DNA of 64,000 nt from contig JBDRRF010000067.1 in NCBI GenBank assembly GCA_043825875.1, positions 32,001-96,000 on the forward strand, given 5' to 3'. A program made the position numbers and the translations under genes. This DNA comes from Pseudomonadota bacterium. Lineage in GTDB: Bacteria > Desulfobacterota > Desulfobacteria > Desulfobacterales > RPRI01. Positions 37,885 to 49,233 of the stretch are shown one piece after another. Numbering within the stretch: the stretch's first letter is position 1; each line of letters opens with the position of its first letter. Under the pieces are notes generated by a model, which worked only from the letters and a program-made list of their open reading frames with translations, searched no databases and was not told the DNA's origin.

Positions 37885-39627
37885 CTAAATTGCTGCTGTA
37901 ATTTCAGGAAATACCAAGTAAAACATAATATATGCCATAACAAGAGTTAGGATCAGATTAAGGGTTTGACCAAATACGTAAAGTATGAGAGGTTTACCTC
38001 CTTTGAAGTGATGAGCTAACTCCTTGAAGTTTGTTGCCAATCCTATACTGGTAAATGCCAGGCAAAAAAACCATCCTCTTCCGATTTTAGATAAACCTCG
38101 AATAGCGCCATGATCTATTAAGGCATAACTGACATCTTTTCCCATATAACTGTATATAAGAGAAAAGACTATCGAAGCAGCAATAAAGCCTATGACAAAC
38201 TTGGGAAACCTGTACCAGATTTCCATAGCACTTACCTTCTGTCCGGGAATACAATCAACTTTTGCACACCAGTATACGGCAACGCCAAATGCAATTACAC
38301 CGATCATTACATTTTGGATCATTTTGACCGTGGCTGCCACATAAAGAGCCTTATCGCTAAGAAAAGCACCCGCTGCGGCAACTGCTCCGGTAGCATCTAT
38401 TGTTCCACCCATCCATGCGCCTCCGAGAACATGAGGCATTCCGACAGCCTTAATAAGGGCTGGCATTAATATCATCATAATAGAAGTAAAAACAAGTGAA
38501 AGCCCGACTGCTAATGTCAATTCTTCCTTCTTTGCCCTGCACGCTGCGGCAGTAGCTATTGCAGCAGAAACTCCGCAGACGGACATATCTGCCGATATTG
38601 TAATATTCAGTGTTTTAGAAGGCATTTTAATTACTTTTTGTCCGAAAATATATGTGGTAACAAGTACAATAGGTGTTACAACCCAGGCAACAAAAATGCC
38701 GGGAATTCCTATTGAAAGTATTTTACCAAACAGTATTTCCGCTCCCAGCAATACCAGACCGGTCTTGATATAATATTCAACCTGTACGGCAGGCATAACC
38801 CATTTGGGAGTTCCAACAGTATTGCTGATTATCAGTCCGAAGAGAATTGCCCATGCGGCATATCCTATGCCATAATGTTTCATAGTAGAATTTGATGCGG
38901 CAGTATATGAAAGAACAGCTATTATGAACACAAAAACAAATCCCAATAAGAACTTTCCCATATCTTTATTCATAACCTGTCTTCCGATACCGAAAAAAAG
39001 TGCAATAATAATCATAAGGCCAAAAAGATATGGGATCTGGTTATATGCTTTTACCTTGGCTTTGGACTTAGCAGAGGATGCGGATAGATGAGCTTTTCGC
39101 CATTTGTCAATGGCCTCAACAGCAGCTGCATTAAGAGAAGAATCATTGAACTCGGATAATTTGGCGATATTTTCAGCAGTCGTGGCAACTTCAAGCGCTT
39201 TTTTTTCTTTTATGAGCGCTTCCTGATATTTTTTTTCAGCTTTTGCTTTTTTTGCTTCTGCTGCTTTGCTACTCATAAAAAAAGCTTCAAGCGGATTATT
39301 GCTCCATTTATGAGGTTTGTTTGTAAAGTTTTTTATTGTTTTTCCGATGTCTGAATTTGTAGCTTTGAGTTTCTTTTTGGAATCGGTTGCTTTATACCAT
39401 GCAATAGTTTTAAAAGGGGTGCTATTTGCTTCTTTAGCAAGAGTTGCATTTGCTTCTTTAATTTTTTCGTGCATATTTTCCGGCCCAAGCGGAAAATAAA
39501 TAATAATCCCGATAATCAGCAATATAAAACCAAGCCAGATAGACCAGTAATCCTCCTTTTTCCATAAATCAGAAAGACTGCCTTTTGCCTGGTCAATGAC
39601 AATATCGGATGATTGATTTGCCGCCAT
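37885..39627 (-). CDS. YeiH/UPF0324 putative sulfate exporter family transporter
   Basis: EDYWSIWLG, SVCGVSAAIAT, GGTIDATGAV and FPKFVIGF motifs. Confidence 0.9.
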   Translation of the reverse strand: MAANQSSDIVIDQAKGSLSDLWKKEDYWSIWLGFILLIIGIIIYFPLGPENMHEKIKEANATLAKEANSTPFKTIAWYKATDSKKKLKATNSDIGKTIKNFTNKPHKWSNNPLEAFFMSSKAAEAKKAKAEKKYQEALIKEKKALEVATTAENIAKLSEFNDSSLNAAAVEAIDKWRKAHLSASSAKSKAKVKAYNQIPYLFGLMIIIALFFGIGRQVMNKDMGKFLLGFVFVFIIAVLSYTAASNSTMKHYGIGYAAWAILFGLIISNTVGTPKWVMPAVQVEYYIKTGLVLLGAEILFGKILSIGIPGIFVAWVVTPIVLVTTYIFGQKVIKMPSKTLNITISADMSVCGVSAAIATAAACRAKKEELTLAVGLSLVFTSIMMILMPALIKAVGMPHVLGGAWMGGTIDATGAVAAAGAFLSDKALYVAATVKMIQNVMIGVIAFGVAVYWCAKVDCIPGQKVSAMEIWYRFPKFVIGFIAASIVFSLIYSYMGKDVSYALIDHGAIRGLSKIGRGWFFCLAFTSIGLATNFKELAHHFKGGKPLILYVFGQTLNLILTLVMAYIMFYLVFPEITAAI

Positions 39628-39766
39628 AAGCCAACTCCTTTCTTGATATGATTTTATAATAAAGATATTAAGGCATTAACTCTATATTACTACTATCACA
39701 CATTAGATCCGGGAATATTTTTAGCATGTGTAATATACTTGATTGATTTGTAAAAATCAAATTTAT

Positions 39767-39795
39767 TTGACAGTATTCATACCACGTTGTATTTT
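39767..39795 (+). promoter_or_regulatory. sigma70-type promoter for the amr locus
   Basis: TTGACA-17 bp-TATTTT. Confidence 0.5.
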
Positions 39796-39865
39796 AATGA
39801 AATAAGTTTGATATTCTGAGCACTTTAAATAACTCACATTTGCTGTGTCAGAATACGGGGTGCAA

Positions 39866-41350
39866 ATGAGAACAAAAATATTCATCTTATTTTATACAGC
39901 TTGCCTGGTAACCTTTTTTTTGCCGCTAGCAGTTTTTGGAGCAGAAAATGTGCGAACACCAGCATATGCCGGTTCTTTTTATCCATCAGACAAGCAGAAG
40001 CTTGAACAGACCATAAGCAGCCTGACTCAAAAAACAAAGAATAAATCATTTACTATTCCTTCCGGCAAAACACTAAAAGCTCTTGTTCTGCCTCATGCCG
40101 GTTATATCTATTCCGGGCCTACTGCTTCTTATGCATCTTTGGTTCTTTCTAAAAATCAATTTTCAAAAGTAATATTAATGGGTCCTGATCACAGGGTAGG
40201 TTTTAACAATTGCGCTCTTACCGATACGAAAGCATATGAAACTCCGCTTGGATTTGTGAGAATCCACAAAGATGCAGCAAAATTAAGCAATAATAAGGAA
40301 TTATTTAAATCTATTCCTGTTTCGGATAAATACGAGCATTCTATTGAAGTTGTTCTTCCTTTCCTGCAAACTTATCTTAATGAATTTGAAATTATTCCTA
40401 TCGTTGTCGGTTCAGTTGATTATCAAGCTGTAGCAAAAGCTATAGAGCCATTGCTTGATGACAACACACTGCTTGTTGCAAGCTCCGATCTTTCGCATTA
40501 TTTAAAATACCAGGATGCTGTGAAAAAAGATCAGGAAACGATAAACATGGTATTGAACCTTGAAAAAGAGAAACTAGTAAAGCATGATAACAGTGCCTGT
40601 GGTAAAATTCCTATCTTAACAATCATGGATCTTGTCGGTCAATTCGGATGGAAGCCGTTTCTTATTCATTATTCAAACAGTGGCGACACGGCCGGGGAAC
40701 GTTCACGGGTTGTCGGATATGCAGCAATTGCTTTTTATGGAGAACCATATATGAAAGAAAATAATAATGTTTCAAGCCGATTAAATGAAAAACAAGGACA
40801 AATACTGGTAAAACTTGCAAGGCAAACTATTGCAGACAAACTCGGAATAAAAAACAACCTGGGGCAGGTTCTAACCTCTATCAGTGAAGATATAAGTCTT
40901 AAAAGAAAAAGCGGCACATTCGTCACACTTAAAATCCATGACCAGCTTCGCGGCTGCATAGGGAATCTCGACAACTCAGAAACAATTACAGAAGGAGTTA
41001 AACGTAATGCCATAAATGCGGCATTTAATGATCATCGTTTTTCTCCTCTTATTAAACAGGAATTTGAAGATGTTGAAATTGAAATAAGTATTCTTTCCGA
41101 ATCAAAACCGCTTGAATATAAAGATGGCAAAGATCTTGTCAAAAAACTCCGTCCGAATGTTGATGGTGTAATTATCCGGAAAGGTTTTGCAAGTGCGACT
41201 TTTTTACCTCAGGTCTGGGAACAGTTGCCGCGTACCGAAGATTTTCTCACACATCTTTGCATGAAAGCCGGTCTTTCTTCCGATGAATGGAAAAGCTCAA
41301 AACTGGAAGTCCTGACATATAATGTTCAATATTTTGAAGAGGAAAAATGA
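39866..41350 (+). CDS. amrB: AmmeMemoRadiSam protein B (Memo)-protein A (AMMECR1) fusion with N-terminal signal peptide
   Basis: Memo motifs PHAGYIYSG, EHSIEV, SSDLSHY and VVGY, then AMMECR1 motifs GTFVTL, LRGCIG and ATFLPQV. Confidence 0.92.
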   Translation: MRTKIFILFYTACLVTFFLPLAVFGAENVRTPAYAGSFYPSDKQKLEQTISSLTQKTKNKSFTIPSGKTLKALVLPHAGYIYSGPTASYASLVLSKNQFSKVILMGPDHRVGFNNCALTDTKAYETPLGFVRIHKDAAKLSNNKELFKSIPVSDKYEHSIEVVLPFLQTYLNEFEIIPIVVGSVDYQAVAKAIEPLLDDNTLLVASSDLSHYLKYQDAVKKDQETINMVLNLEKEKLVKHDNSACGKIPILTIMDLVGQFGWKPFLIHYSNSGDTAGERSRVVGYAAIAFYGEPYMKENNNVSSRLNEKQGQILVKLARQTIADKLGIKNNLGQVLTSISEDISLKRKSGTFVTLKIHDQLRGCIGNLDNSETITEGVKRNAINAAFNDHRFSPLIKQEFEDVEIEISILSESKPLEYKDGKDLVKKLRPNVDGVIIRKGFASATFLPQVWEQLPRTEDFLTHLCMKAGLSSDEWKSSKLEVLTYNVQYFEEEK

Positions 41351-43445
41351 AAGCCCTGTATTACTGGTAGTAATTGCAACGGGGATTTCTTCCGTTGTAA
41401 CCCAGTTATTAACAATTCGCGAATTTTTGGCCCAGTTTCAAGGCAATGAATTCGTTGTTGCCCTTATATTGTTTTCATGGCTTGTATTAGGCGGCATTGG
41501 GACTTTACTTTCACAATTGCACATTAAAAAAAGACTTCCTTCAGCTAAATTTCTTGGCTTTCTTTCCCTCCTGGTTGCACTACTTCCAGCTATACAGATT
41601 CTTTTGATAAGAAAACTTCGTGATGCTTTGTTTATACACGGGAGTTCAGTAGGATTTTATCCCACATTCGGATTTATTTTTTTAACAATATTACCTTATG
41701 CTGTTCTTATAGGTTTTGTGCTTCCGTACAGTCTTTTCGTGTTAAGATCTTTTCAGCCGGACTACTCCGGAACAAAGATATATATAGTCGACAATATAGG
41801 AGATATAGCCGGGGGCGCTTTTTTTTCTTTTTTACTTGTGTATTTTTTTTCACCGTTTCAATCGATTTTCATATCAAACCTTTTTGTTCTTGGCGCAACA
41901 TTTCTACTTTTAATAAACTCCGGAACCCGGCATATTAAGGCTATCATAGGCGTATGCATTACCCTTGCAATTCTTGTTTCAGGCCTTTTCCTTGAGAAAA
42001 GCTCTCTGCTGACACATGAAGGAAATCTTGTTTATTATAAGGAATCAAAATACGGACGTATTGAAGTGCATAAGGATAATGAGCAGTTTACTTTAATAGG
42101 TGACGGAGTTCCCTTATTTTCAAATCAGAATACATCAAATGCAGAAAAAACTATTCATTACCCTCTTTCACAGGTATTGAATCCAAAGCATATTCTTATA
42201 ATATCCGCCGAAGGCGGGATAATGGAAGAACTTGAGAAATATCACCCGGAAAGTATAGACTATATCGAACTTGACCCGGAAGTATCCGGTGTATTATTTG
42301 GTTTTGGCCTGCTGAAAAAAATTCCGGGGCTAAATGTGATCAACCAAGACGGGCGCTCGTATCTTTCACATTTGGATAAAAAATATGATGCAATAATTAT
42401 CAACATGCCTGAGCCAGATACTTACCAGATTAACAGATTTTATACAGATGCTTTTTTTGGTACAGTCAAAAAGCGTTTATCGCCTCAGGGAATTTTAAGT
42501 TTTTCTATGGAAGGATACGATAACTATCTGGCAGAACCTCAACGTCAAAAAATATCATCTGTTTATAATACGTTATCAAGGCATTTTAAAAAAATCCTTT
42601 TACTGCCTGGCCCCGAAATTTATTTTTTAGCTTCACAGGTTCCTGTTAATGCTGATATTCCTGATTTGCTGGACAAAAAAGGTATAAAAACCGATTACGT
42701 CAGCAATTTTTTTTATGGCAATCTCACAGAAGATAGAATCAGACATTTAAAAGAACTTATCGATTTATCTGCTCCGGTTAATACAGATAATTACCCTCAG
42801 CTTATGCGGATTATGTTTTTGCAATGGTTTGCAAAATTTTCAACATCTCCTGTTGCCTTTATTCTTGTTTTGTCAGTTTTATGCATAATTTACCTTTCAC
42901 GAATAACAAAAGAAGAATTTGTGCTTTTTTCAACAGGATGTATGGAAATGGGAACAGAAATTCTTGTTATATTTGCGTTTCAGATTTATTTCGGATATAT
43001 TTATCTTAAAATCGGTCTGATAATAACTGTTTTTCTTGCGGGTCTTCTGCCGGGAGCCTGGGCCGGAAACAAAATGGCAAACCAATACGATCATTTTAAC
43101 AGGTCATTTCTTGCAATAACTGATGGGATTCTTATATTTCTTACAGGACTTCTGATTCTGGCTTTTTTAAAGGGCGGGGATAAGATTCCTTTATTTGTTT
43201 TTCTGGCATATGGTTTTATCGTATCAATGACATGCGGATTTCAGTTTCCCACTGCTCTTAAGCTGATGGGAGACAATAATCCATCTGTGACAAGGCTGTT
43301 TTCAGCCGATCTTATCGGGGCAGCCGCAGGTACGCTTCTGATAAGTGTTGCTGTTATACCCTATTTCGGAATTATCTGGGCGGCAATTGCGCTGATCGGA
43401 TTAAAATTTGTAAGCCTGATTTTGATACAGATTAAAAGAGCTTGA
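41322..43445 (+). CDS. Membrane spermidine-synthase-like protein (TM bundle-SAM fold-TM bundle)
   Basis: YIELDP, DGRSYL, YDAIIINMPEP and NRFYT motifs flanked by multiple TM helices. Start is uncertain. Confidence 0.85.
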   Translation: MFNILKRKNESPVLLVVIATGISSVVTQLLTIREFLAQFQGNEFVVALILFSWLVLGGIGTLLSQLHIKKRLPSAKFLGFLSLLVALLPAIQILLIRKLRDALFIHGSSVGFYPTFGFIFLTILPYAVLIGFVLPYSLFVLRSFQPDYSGTKIYIVDNIGDIAGGAFFSFLLVYFFSPFQSIFISNLFVLGATFLLLINSGTRHIKAIIGVCITLAILVSGLFLEKSSLLTHEGNLVYYKESKYGRIEVHKDNEQFTLIGDGVPLFSNQNTSNAEKTIHYPLSQVLNPKHILIISAEGGIMEELEKYHPESIDYIELDPEVSGVLFGFGLLKKIPGLNVINQDGRSYLSHLDKKYDAIIINMPEPDTYQINRFYTDAFFGTVKKRLSPQGILSFSMEGYDNYLAEPQRQKISSVYNTLSRHFKKILLLPGPEIYFLASQVPVNADIPDLLDKKGIKTDYVSNFFYGNLTEDRIRHLKELIDLSAPVNTDNYPQLMRIMFLQWFAKFSTSPVAFILVLSVLCIIYLSRITKEEFVLFSTGCMEMGTEILVIFAFQIYFGYIYLKIGLIITVFLAGLLPGAWAGNKMANQYDHFNRSFLAITDGILIFLTGLLILAFLKGGDKIPLFVFLAYGFIVSMTCGFQFPTALKLMGDNNPSVTRLFSADLIGAAAGTLLISVAVIPYFGIIWAAIALIGLKFVSLILIQIKRA

Positions 43446-43498
43446 ATTATTTTTATCAATACTTTCGCACATATACTTAAGGCTATATGTTATAAATT

Positions 43499-44698
43499 AT
43501 GAATAAAATAAACAGAAGAAAATTTTTATGCAATGCAGCATTACTTCTTTCGGCTCCTGTTTCATCTTATGCCCTTTGGCCTTTTAGTGCGAAGAAAAGT
43601 GAAGCAGCGGGTTCGAATAACATTCGGGGCAGTATTTTTAAAGGAGATGCTCCTGATAAGCCTGGGAAATGGTCGCACGAAGCATTATTATATAAAAAGC
43701 TTGATAATAAAAAAGTGGCATGCGGAATATGTCCTCACAGATGTTTGCTGTCGCCGGGAGACAGAAGTGTATGCCGTGCAAAAGCAAACATAGATGGAGT
43801 ATTATATAGCCTTTCGTACGGAAACCCCTGCACAGTTAATGTTGATCCTATCGAAAAAAAACCACTTTTTCACTTCAAACCTCAAACAAAAGCTTTTTCA
43901 GTTGCAGCAGCCGGATGTAATTTCCGTTGCCTGAATTGTCAGAACTGGGAAATTTCACAGGCCAAACCTGGCGAAGTGCGCCATACCGAGCTATTCCCCG
44001 AAGATGTTGTTAAGGCGGCATTGAAAACAGGTTCCGAATCAATCGCATGCACATATTCCGAGCCGATTTCTTACATTGAATATATGCTTGATATAGCAAG
44101 TATTGCAAAAGAAAAAGGTCTTTCCAATCTCTGGATATCAAACGGATATATAAACAATAAACCGCTGCGTAAATTATGTAAATATATTGACGGCGCTAAT
44201 GTTAATATCAAATCTTTCAGTGACGAAATATACAGAAAATTAAACGGGGGAAGGCTTGAACCGGTTTTAAATACTTTTAAAACCATGAATGAAAACGGTA
44301 TTCACTTTGAAATGACCAACCTTGTTGTACCTGGTTATACGGATGATGCCGAAATGGTTAAACGTATGTGCGGATGGATTCTATCTAATCTTGGTCCCGA
44401 TCACCCTCTTCATTTCCTGCGCTTCTTTCCACAATATAAACTTGACAGACTTGTGCCTACACCTATATCGACACTCGAAAACTTTCGGGACATTGCGATC
44501 AATGAAGGAATTCATTATGCATACGTCGGCAATGTTCCGAATCATGAAGGGATGAACACATACTGTCACAATTGTAAAAAACTGCTTATAAAACGAAAGG
44601 GCTATTTTATCCCTGAGTATAATATTTCTGAAAACAGATGTAAATTCTGCAATACTATTATACCCGGCGTTTGGGGAAAAAATATAAGGATGGTTTAA
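43499..44698 (+). CDS. amrS: AmmeMemoRadiSam radical SAM enzyme with twin-arginine-like leader
   Basis: DPIEKKPLFHF, GCNFRCLNCQNWEISQ (CxxxCxxC), YVGNV; N-terminal INRRKFL. Confidence 0.93.
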   Translation: MNKINRRKFLCNAALLLSAPVSSYALWPFSAKKSEAAGSNNIRGSIFKGDAPDKPGKWSHEALLYKKLDNKKVACGICPHRCLLSPGDRSVCRAKANIDGVLYSLSYGNPCTVNVDPIEKKPLFHFKPQTKAFSVAAAGCNFRCLNCQNWEISQAKPGEVRHTELFPEDVVKAALKTGSESIACTYSEPISYIEYMLDIASIAKEKGLSNLWISNGYINNKPLRKLCKYIDGANVNIKSFSDEIYRKLNGGRLEPVLNTFKTMNENGIHFEMTNLVVPGYTDDAEMVKRMCGWILSNLGPDHPLHFLRFFPQYKLDRLVPTPISTLENFRDIAINEGIHYAYVGNVPNHEGMNTYCHNCKKLLIKRKGYFIPEYNISENRCKFCNTIIPGVWGKNIRMV

Positions 44699-44746
44699 TC
44701 AATCCCTGCGGTTTTTCTAATAAATTGTATCCCGGAGATTCTTACA

Positions 44747-46003
44747 ATGGATTTTATGGATAAGAAAAAACCAGGCACAAAAAGTATTACAAGTTATTTT
44801 ATAATTCTTCTTGTGATCTGGACATTTGGAGTCCTTGCAGCTCTGGGATGGAATATATATCAGATAAAAAAATCAAGCTTTCTGGTTGCCAGAAGAAGTG
44901 CGGAGATATCTTATAATAAGGATCTTATCTATCGATATTGGGTGGCAAAGCATGGTGGAGTTTATGTGCCGGTTTCTGATGCAAACCCTCCTAACCCTTA
45001 TCTTAGAGTTCCACACAGGGATATTACCTCCTCAGACGGAAAGAAATTCACTTTGATAAATCCTGCTTATATGACACGCCAGGTAAATGAATTGAGTGAA
45101 GAAGCAGGGGGATTCAAAGGTCACATCACCAGCCTTAATTGCATTCGGCCTGAAAATCATCCTGATCCATGGGAGATAGAAGCTCTCAAATCATTTGAAA
45201 GCGGCACAAAAGAAGCAGCTTCTTTTGTGATGAAATCAGGCAAAGAGTACTTTCGTTATATGCGTCCTTTTACTACAGAAGAGAGTTGCATGAAATGTCA
45301 TGCCGCGCAGGGATATAAGGTGGGTGATATTCGCGGAGGAGTGAGCATCTCAATACCTATGGAGCCATTAAAGTTTATTGAACAGTCACAGGTAAGCAAA
45401 GTGCTTTTTGCCTACGTTTTTTTATGGTTTATAGGCATAGGTGGAATTGCTGTCAGCACACGGCGTTTATGGAACCAGATGCTTTATCGTGAAAAAATAG
45501 AGGATGAAATTCTCACCCTGTCTATGACTGACCAGCTTACCGGTCTTTACAATAGAAGAGGCTTTTTATCTCTTGCCGAACAGCAGCTCAAATTAGCATA
45601 CAGAAGCAAGAGCAAAATGATGCTATTTTTTGCGGATCTGGATGGTTTGAAGGACATTAACGACAGGTTCGGGCATAAGGAAGGAGATAAAGCTCTTATT
45701 GAAGCAGCATCGGTATTTAAAGAGACTTTCAGGACAACCGACATAATCGCTCGTCTGGGAGGGGATGAATTTGCTGCACTTGCAATAGATATACAAGATA
45801 AAAATCCCGAAATCTTTTCTTCCCGCCTTCAGTATTTGATAGACACACAAAACAAGCAAGAAAATCGATCTTACATGCTGTCAATCAGTATGGGCGGCTC
45901 TTTCCAAAATCAGGAAAAACCCTTTTCCATAGATGAGCTCATATCTCAGGCTGATAAATTAATGTATGAGCATAAAAAACAAAAGAAAACCCATCCGGCT
46001 TAA
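44747..46003 (+). CDS. Diguanylate cyclase with periplasmic DUF3365-type heme-c sensor domain
   Basis: Two TM helices, CMKCH heme-binding motif and RLGGDEF. Confidence 0.9.
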   Translation: MDFMDKKKPGTKSITSYFIILLVIWTFGVLAALGWNIYQIKKSSFLVARRSAEISYNKDLIYRYWVAKHGGVYVPVSDANPPNPYLRVPHRDITSSDGKKFTLINPAYMTRQVNELSEEAGGFKGHITSLNCIRPENHPDPWEIEALKSFESGTKEAASFVMKSGKEYFRYMRPFTTEESCMKCHAAQGYKVGDIRGGVSISIPMEPLKFIEQSQVSKVLFAYVFLWFIGIGGIAVSTRRLWNQMLYREKIEDEILTLSMTDQLTGLYNRRGFLSLAEQQLKLAYRSKSKMMLFFADLDGLKDINDRFGHKEGDKALIEAASVFKETFRTTDIIARLGGDEFAALAIDIQDKNPEIFSSRLQYLIDTQNKQENRSYMLSISMGGSFQNQEKPFSIDELISQADKLMYEHKKQKKTHPA

Positions 46004-46250
46004 ATACGCTGATCATAACTTAATCTAATCAAATTATAAGTAAAATCCAAATGCGGTTACCCTGTGTCGTAAAACAAGGTTTCTTGACTTTTCGGTCTTG
46101 TGCTGATAGTAAAAATAAAATTTGCCTGCTTTACGGGCAGATATCTTGAACAAAAAAAGGAGGATAGCAAACGGTTAAAACATATAAGTAATATTGGCAA
46201 ACTATCCGGTCTGTTCTGATTTGATTTCAATAAGGTTGAGGAAAAGTTTA

Positions 46251-47567
46251 ATGAAAAGATTTATGTTGTTATTACTTACATTTTTATTGGTTTCAGCTTT
46301 TGCGATGCCGGCGTCAGCTCTTGAACACATTTTCGGCGGTTACTGGCGAACCAGGTTTGCTATTCAGGAAAATTTTTCCGGTGATGATACAGGCACCAGC
46401 CTTGACAGCAAGCAGGTTGATACAAGAGCCAGATTTTATTATACAGCCAAAATAAATGAAAACTTAAAGCTGGTAAACAAGTTAGAGCTTGATGCTATCT
46501 GGGGTGAAAACGATGGTTACGGCAAGGTAGGAGCAGATGGCACTGATATTGAAATTAAAAATTTATATGCTGATTTTAAAATTAATTCATTTAATGTTTT
46601 AGTCGGAGTCCAGAATTTTAATGTTGCGCGCACTTTTATATATGATGATGATTTTGCAGGCATAAAAGCCATCTATAAAATAGATGACCGTTTCAGTGTG
46701 GTTTTTGATTATCAGAAACACAAAGAAGGCGGAAGAGGTGAAAACGATCAGGATGTAGAATCATATATTCTTACTCCGGTTATTAATCTGAACAAAGATA
46801 TTTGCATTAAACCCTACTATATGTTCCTGCATTCAAAAGACGGCTTTTTGTTGCCGTATGAAGTATCAACTACAGCATCAAACTATCTTGATAATGTTAA
46901 TATCAATTATTTGGGTATTGATTTTGATGCCAAAATAGATGCAACAACGCTTTGGTTCACAGGTGTTAAACAGTTTGGGAGCTTAACCTCACAAGGTGGA
47001 GCGGGAAATCCATTCGGAGATATCAAAGGCACAAAAGTTGATCTTAAAGGATGGCTTATTGCTGCCGGAGGAAAATATGATTTCGGCAAAACGGATATTC
47101 ATGGCCAGTCCTTCTGGGCAACAGGTGATGACAATAAAGGTTTTACAGATAAAGAAATGAACGGGTTCTACGTAACCTCATCCAGCCAGTATTACTGGGC
47201 GGAAATACTTGGCCGTGGTATGTTCGATGGTTCAGCCGGTGCCAATGGTTTAAACAGTCAGCCAACCGGTTCACCCGGGTATTCTCCCACAAACATTATA
47301 GCCGTGAATCTCGGCGCAACCCACAAACCGACCGATAAGCTTAGTATCACCGGTGACCTTTGGTATGCAAAGCTTGACGAGAAAAATAGTTTCGGAGAAG
47401 ATGAAATAGGCATAGAAGCAGATCTTAAATTAACTTATAAACTGCTTGACGGGTTAAGCCTTGATATAGTAGGTGCATATCTTTTTGCAGGAGATGCGGT
47501 ATCATCTGATGGCAAAAACGATGATAATCCTTTTGAAATAGGTACGCGCCTTTCTCTAAGTTTCTAA
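46251..47567 (+). CDS. Outer-membrane porin-like beta-barrel protein
   Basis: Signal peptide ending [13 protein letters not shown], amphipathic strands and terminal Phe. ATG 46251 follows GAGG. Confidence 0.8.
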   Translation: MKRFMLLLLTFLLVSAFAMPASALEHIFGGYWRTRFAIQENFSGDDTGTSLDSKQVDTRARFYYTAKINENLKLVNKLELDAIWGENDGYGKVGADGTDIEIKNLYADFKINSFNVLVGVQNFNVARTFIYDDDFAGIKAIYKIDDRFSVVFDYQKHKEGGRGENDQDVESYILTPVINLNKDICIKPYYMFLHSKDGFLLPYEVSTTASNYLDNVNINYLGIDFDAKIDATTLWFTGVKQFGSLTSQGGAGNPFGDIKGTKVDLKGWLIAAGGKYDFGKTDIHGQSFWATGDDNKGFTDKEMNGFYVTSSSQYYWAEILGRGMFDGSAGANGLNSQPTGSPGYSPTNIIAVNLGATHKPTDKLSITGDLWYAKLDEKNSFGEDEIGIEADLKLTYKLLDGLSLDIVGAYLFAGDAVSSDGKNDDNPFEIGTRLSLSF

Positions 47568-48997
47568 GAAGCCGACAGTTTCTCTTTCAATATTCTGTTT
47601 ACTATTTCAGGATTTGCTTTTCCTTTTGTTTCCCTCATAATTTTTCCCACAAAAAATCCAAGTACTTTTGTTTTGCCACCTTTGTATTCCGCAACCTCTT
47701 TAGGGCTTGATGCTATTAATTTTACCACAATTTCTTCAAGCAAAGTTTCATCCGTAACCTGGACAAGGTCTTTTTCTTTTATTATTTCTTCAGGCGTTTT
47801 TCCGGTTTTTGCCATTTCATCAAAAACAGTTTTTGCTATCTTGCCGCTTATTATTTTTTGGTCGATAAGCTTTAACATTTGTGCAAGGTTTGAAGGTGAT
47901 ACGGGGGATTCTTCTATGGTTTTATTTTCGGCGTTAAGAAGCCCTAAAAGAGAACCCATTATCCAGTTGCTTACCTGTTTCGGATTATTAAATTCATTTG
48001 TGCAGGCTTCGAAATACCCGGCGAGTTCAATAGCACCGGTTAAAACATCAGCATCGTATTCAGGAAGCCCGTATTGAGCAATAAAGCGTTCTTTCTTTTC
48101 ATCAGGAAGCTCAGGAAGCTTTTTCTTCAACTCCTCAACCCAGGCGTCATCTATTGAAAGAGGAAGAAGATCGGGATCGGGGAAATATCTGTAATCATGC
48201 GCATCTTCCTTGCCTCTCATGGATATAGTGTTGTTTTTTTCAGGATCCCAAAGCCTTGTCTCCTGAATAACCTCTTCTCCGTCAAACAAAACATCTTTTT
48301 GTCTTTCAATTTCATATAAAATTGCTTTTTCAACATTTTTAAATGAGTTTAAATTCTTAAGCTCTGTTCTTGTTCCGAAAGGCTGGCTGCCTACAGGACG
48401 TATGGAAATGTTCGCATCGCATCTGAAGCTGCCTTCTTCCATGTTTCCATCGCAGATATCAAGATATCTTAATATTGATCTTATCTTTCTTAAGTAAGCA
48501 CCCGCTTCTTCAGATGAGCGTATGTCCGGCTCACTCACTATTTCAATAAGGGGAACACCCGTTCTGTTGAAATCTACCATAGAATAAGGGCGGTCAGGAT
48601 CATGTATAAGTTTGCCGGCATCTTCTTCCATATGAATTCTTGTAATACCGATTCTTTTTTTTGAGCCACTAACATCAATATCGATATAACCATGTTCACA
48701 AATTGGAAGCTCATACTGAGAAATCTGGTATCCTTTGGGAAGATCAGGATAAAAATAATTCTTTCGCGCAAACCCGTTGGTTTTTGAAATTTTACAGTTT
48801 GTCGCTATTCCCATGAGCATAGCATATTCAACGACTTTTTTATTCAGTACCGGAAGAACGCCCGGCATGCCAAGGCATACAGGACAAGTATGGGTATTGG
48901 GCGGTGCTCCGAAAGAAGTAGGGCACGAGCAAAATATTTTTGTTTTGGTTTTCAACTGGGCATGAACTTCAAGCCCGATTACGGCTTCAAACTCCAT
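47564..48997 (-). CDS. gatB: Asp/Glu-tRNA amidotransferase subunit B
   Basis: [27 protein letters not shown] and [10 protein letters not shown] motifs. Confidence 0.98.
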   Translation of the reverse strand: MEFEAVIGLEVHAQLKTKTKIFCSCPTSFGAPPNTHTCPVCLGMPGVLPVLNKKVVEYAMLMGIATNCKISKTNGFARKNYFYPDLPKGYQISQYELPICEHGYIDIDVSGSKKRIGITRIHMEEDAGKLIHDPDRPYSMVDFNRTGVPLIEIVSEPDIRSSEEAGAYLRKIRSILRYLDICDGNMEEGSFRCDANISIRPVGSQPFGTRTELKNLNSFKNVEKAILYEIERQKDVLFDGEEVIQETRLWDPEKNNTISMRGKEDAHDYRYFPDPDLLPLSIDDAWVEELKKKLPELPDEKKERFIAQYGLPEYDADVLTGAIELAGYFEACTNEFNNPKQVSNWIMGSLLGLLNAENKTIEESPVSPSNLAQMLKLIDQKIISGKIAKTVFDEMAKTGKTPEEIIKEKDLVQVTDETLLEEIVVKLIASSPKEVAEYKGGKTKVLGFFVGKIMRETKGKANPEIVNRILKEKLSAS

Positions 48998-49233
48998 TAA
49001 TTAAATTCCTTATTTTATTACCTGTTGTTACAGATTAGATGTGGTTCTCAGTATTATAGTGCAAATATAAAGATGCGTTATGATAGTGTCAAGCTATAAG
49101 GCTATAAGCTATGTGGCTTTTTACCTTTTTCACGGCAATTTTGCAGAGTATGTACGATTTTTCAGGCTTGATTTTAAGCACCCGTGGTTTAAAGAATAAA
49201 AAGGTGTGCCAAACATAATCGGGCAGTTTGGCC

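Noticed and set aside
39744..39760. FNR/CRP-like box TTGAT...ATCAA
   Set aside because: The spacer is 8 nt, not the canonical 4.
46155..46245. Possible c-di-GMP-I riboswitch upstream of the porin gene (two GCAAA motifs)
   Set aside because: There is no GNRA-capped stem or proper P1/P2 pairing. An Rfam scan would be needed to rescue it.
49091..49112. Short GCTATAA repeats upstream of gatB
   Set aside because: Only about three degenerate units with no inverted partner; too weak to call.
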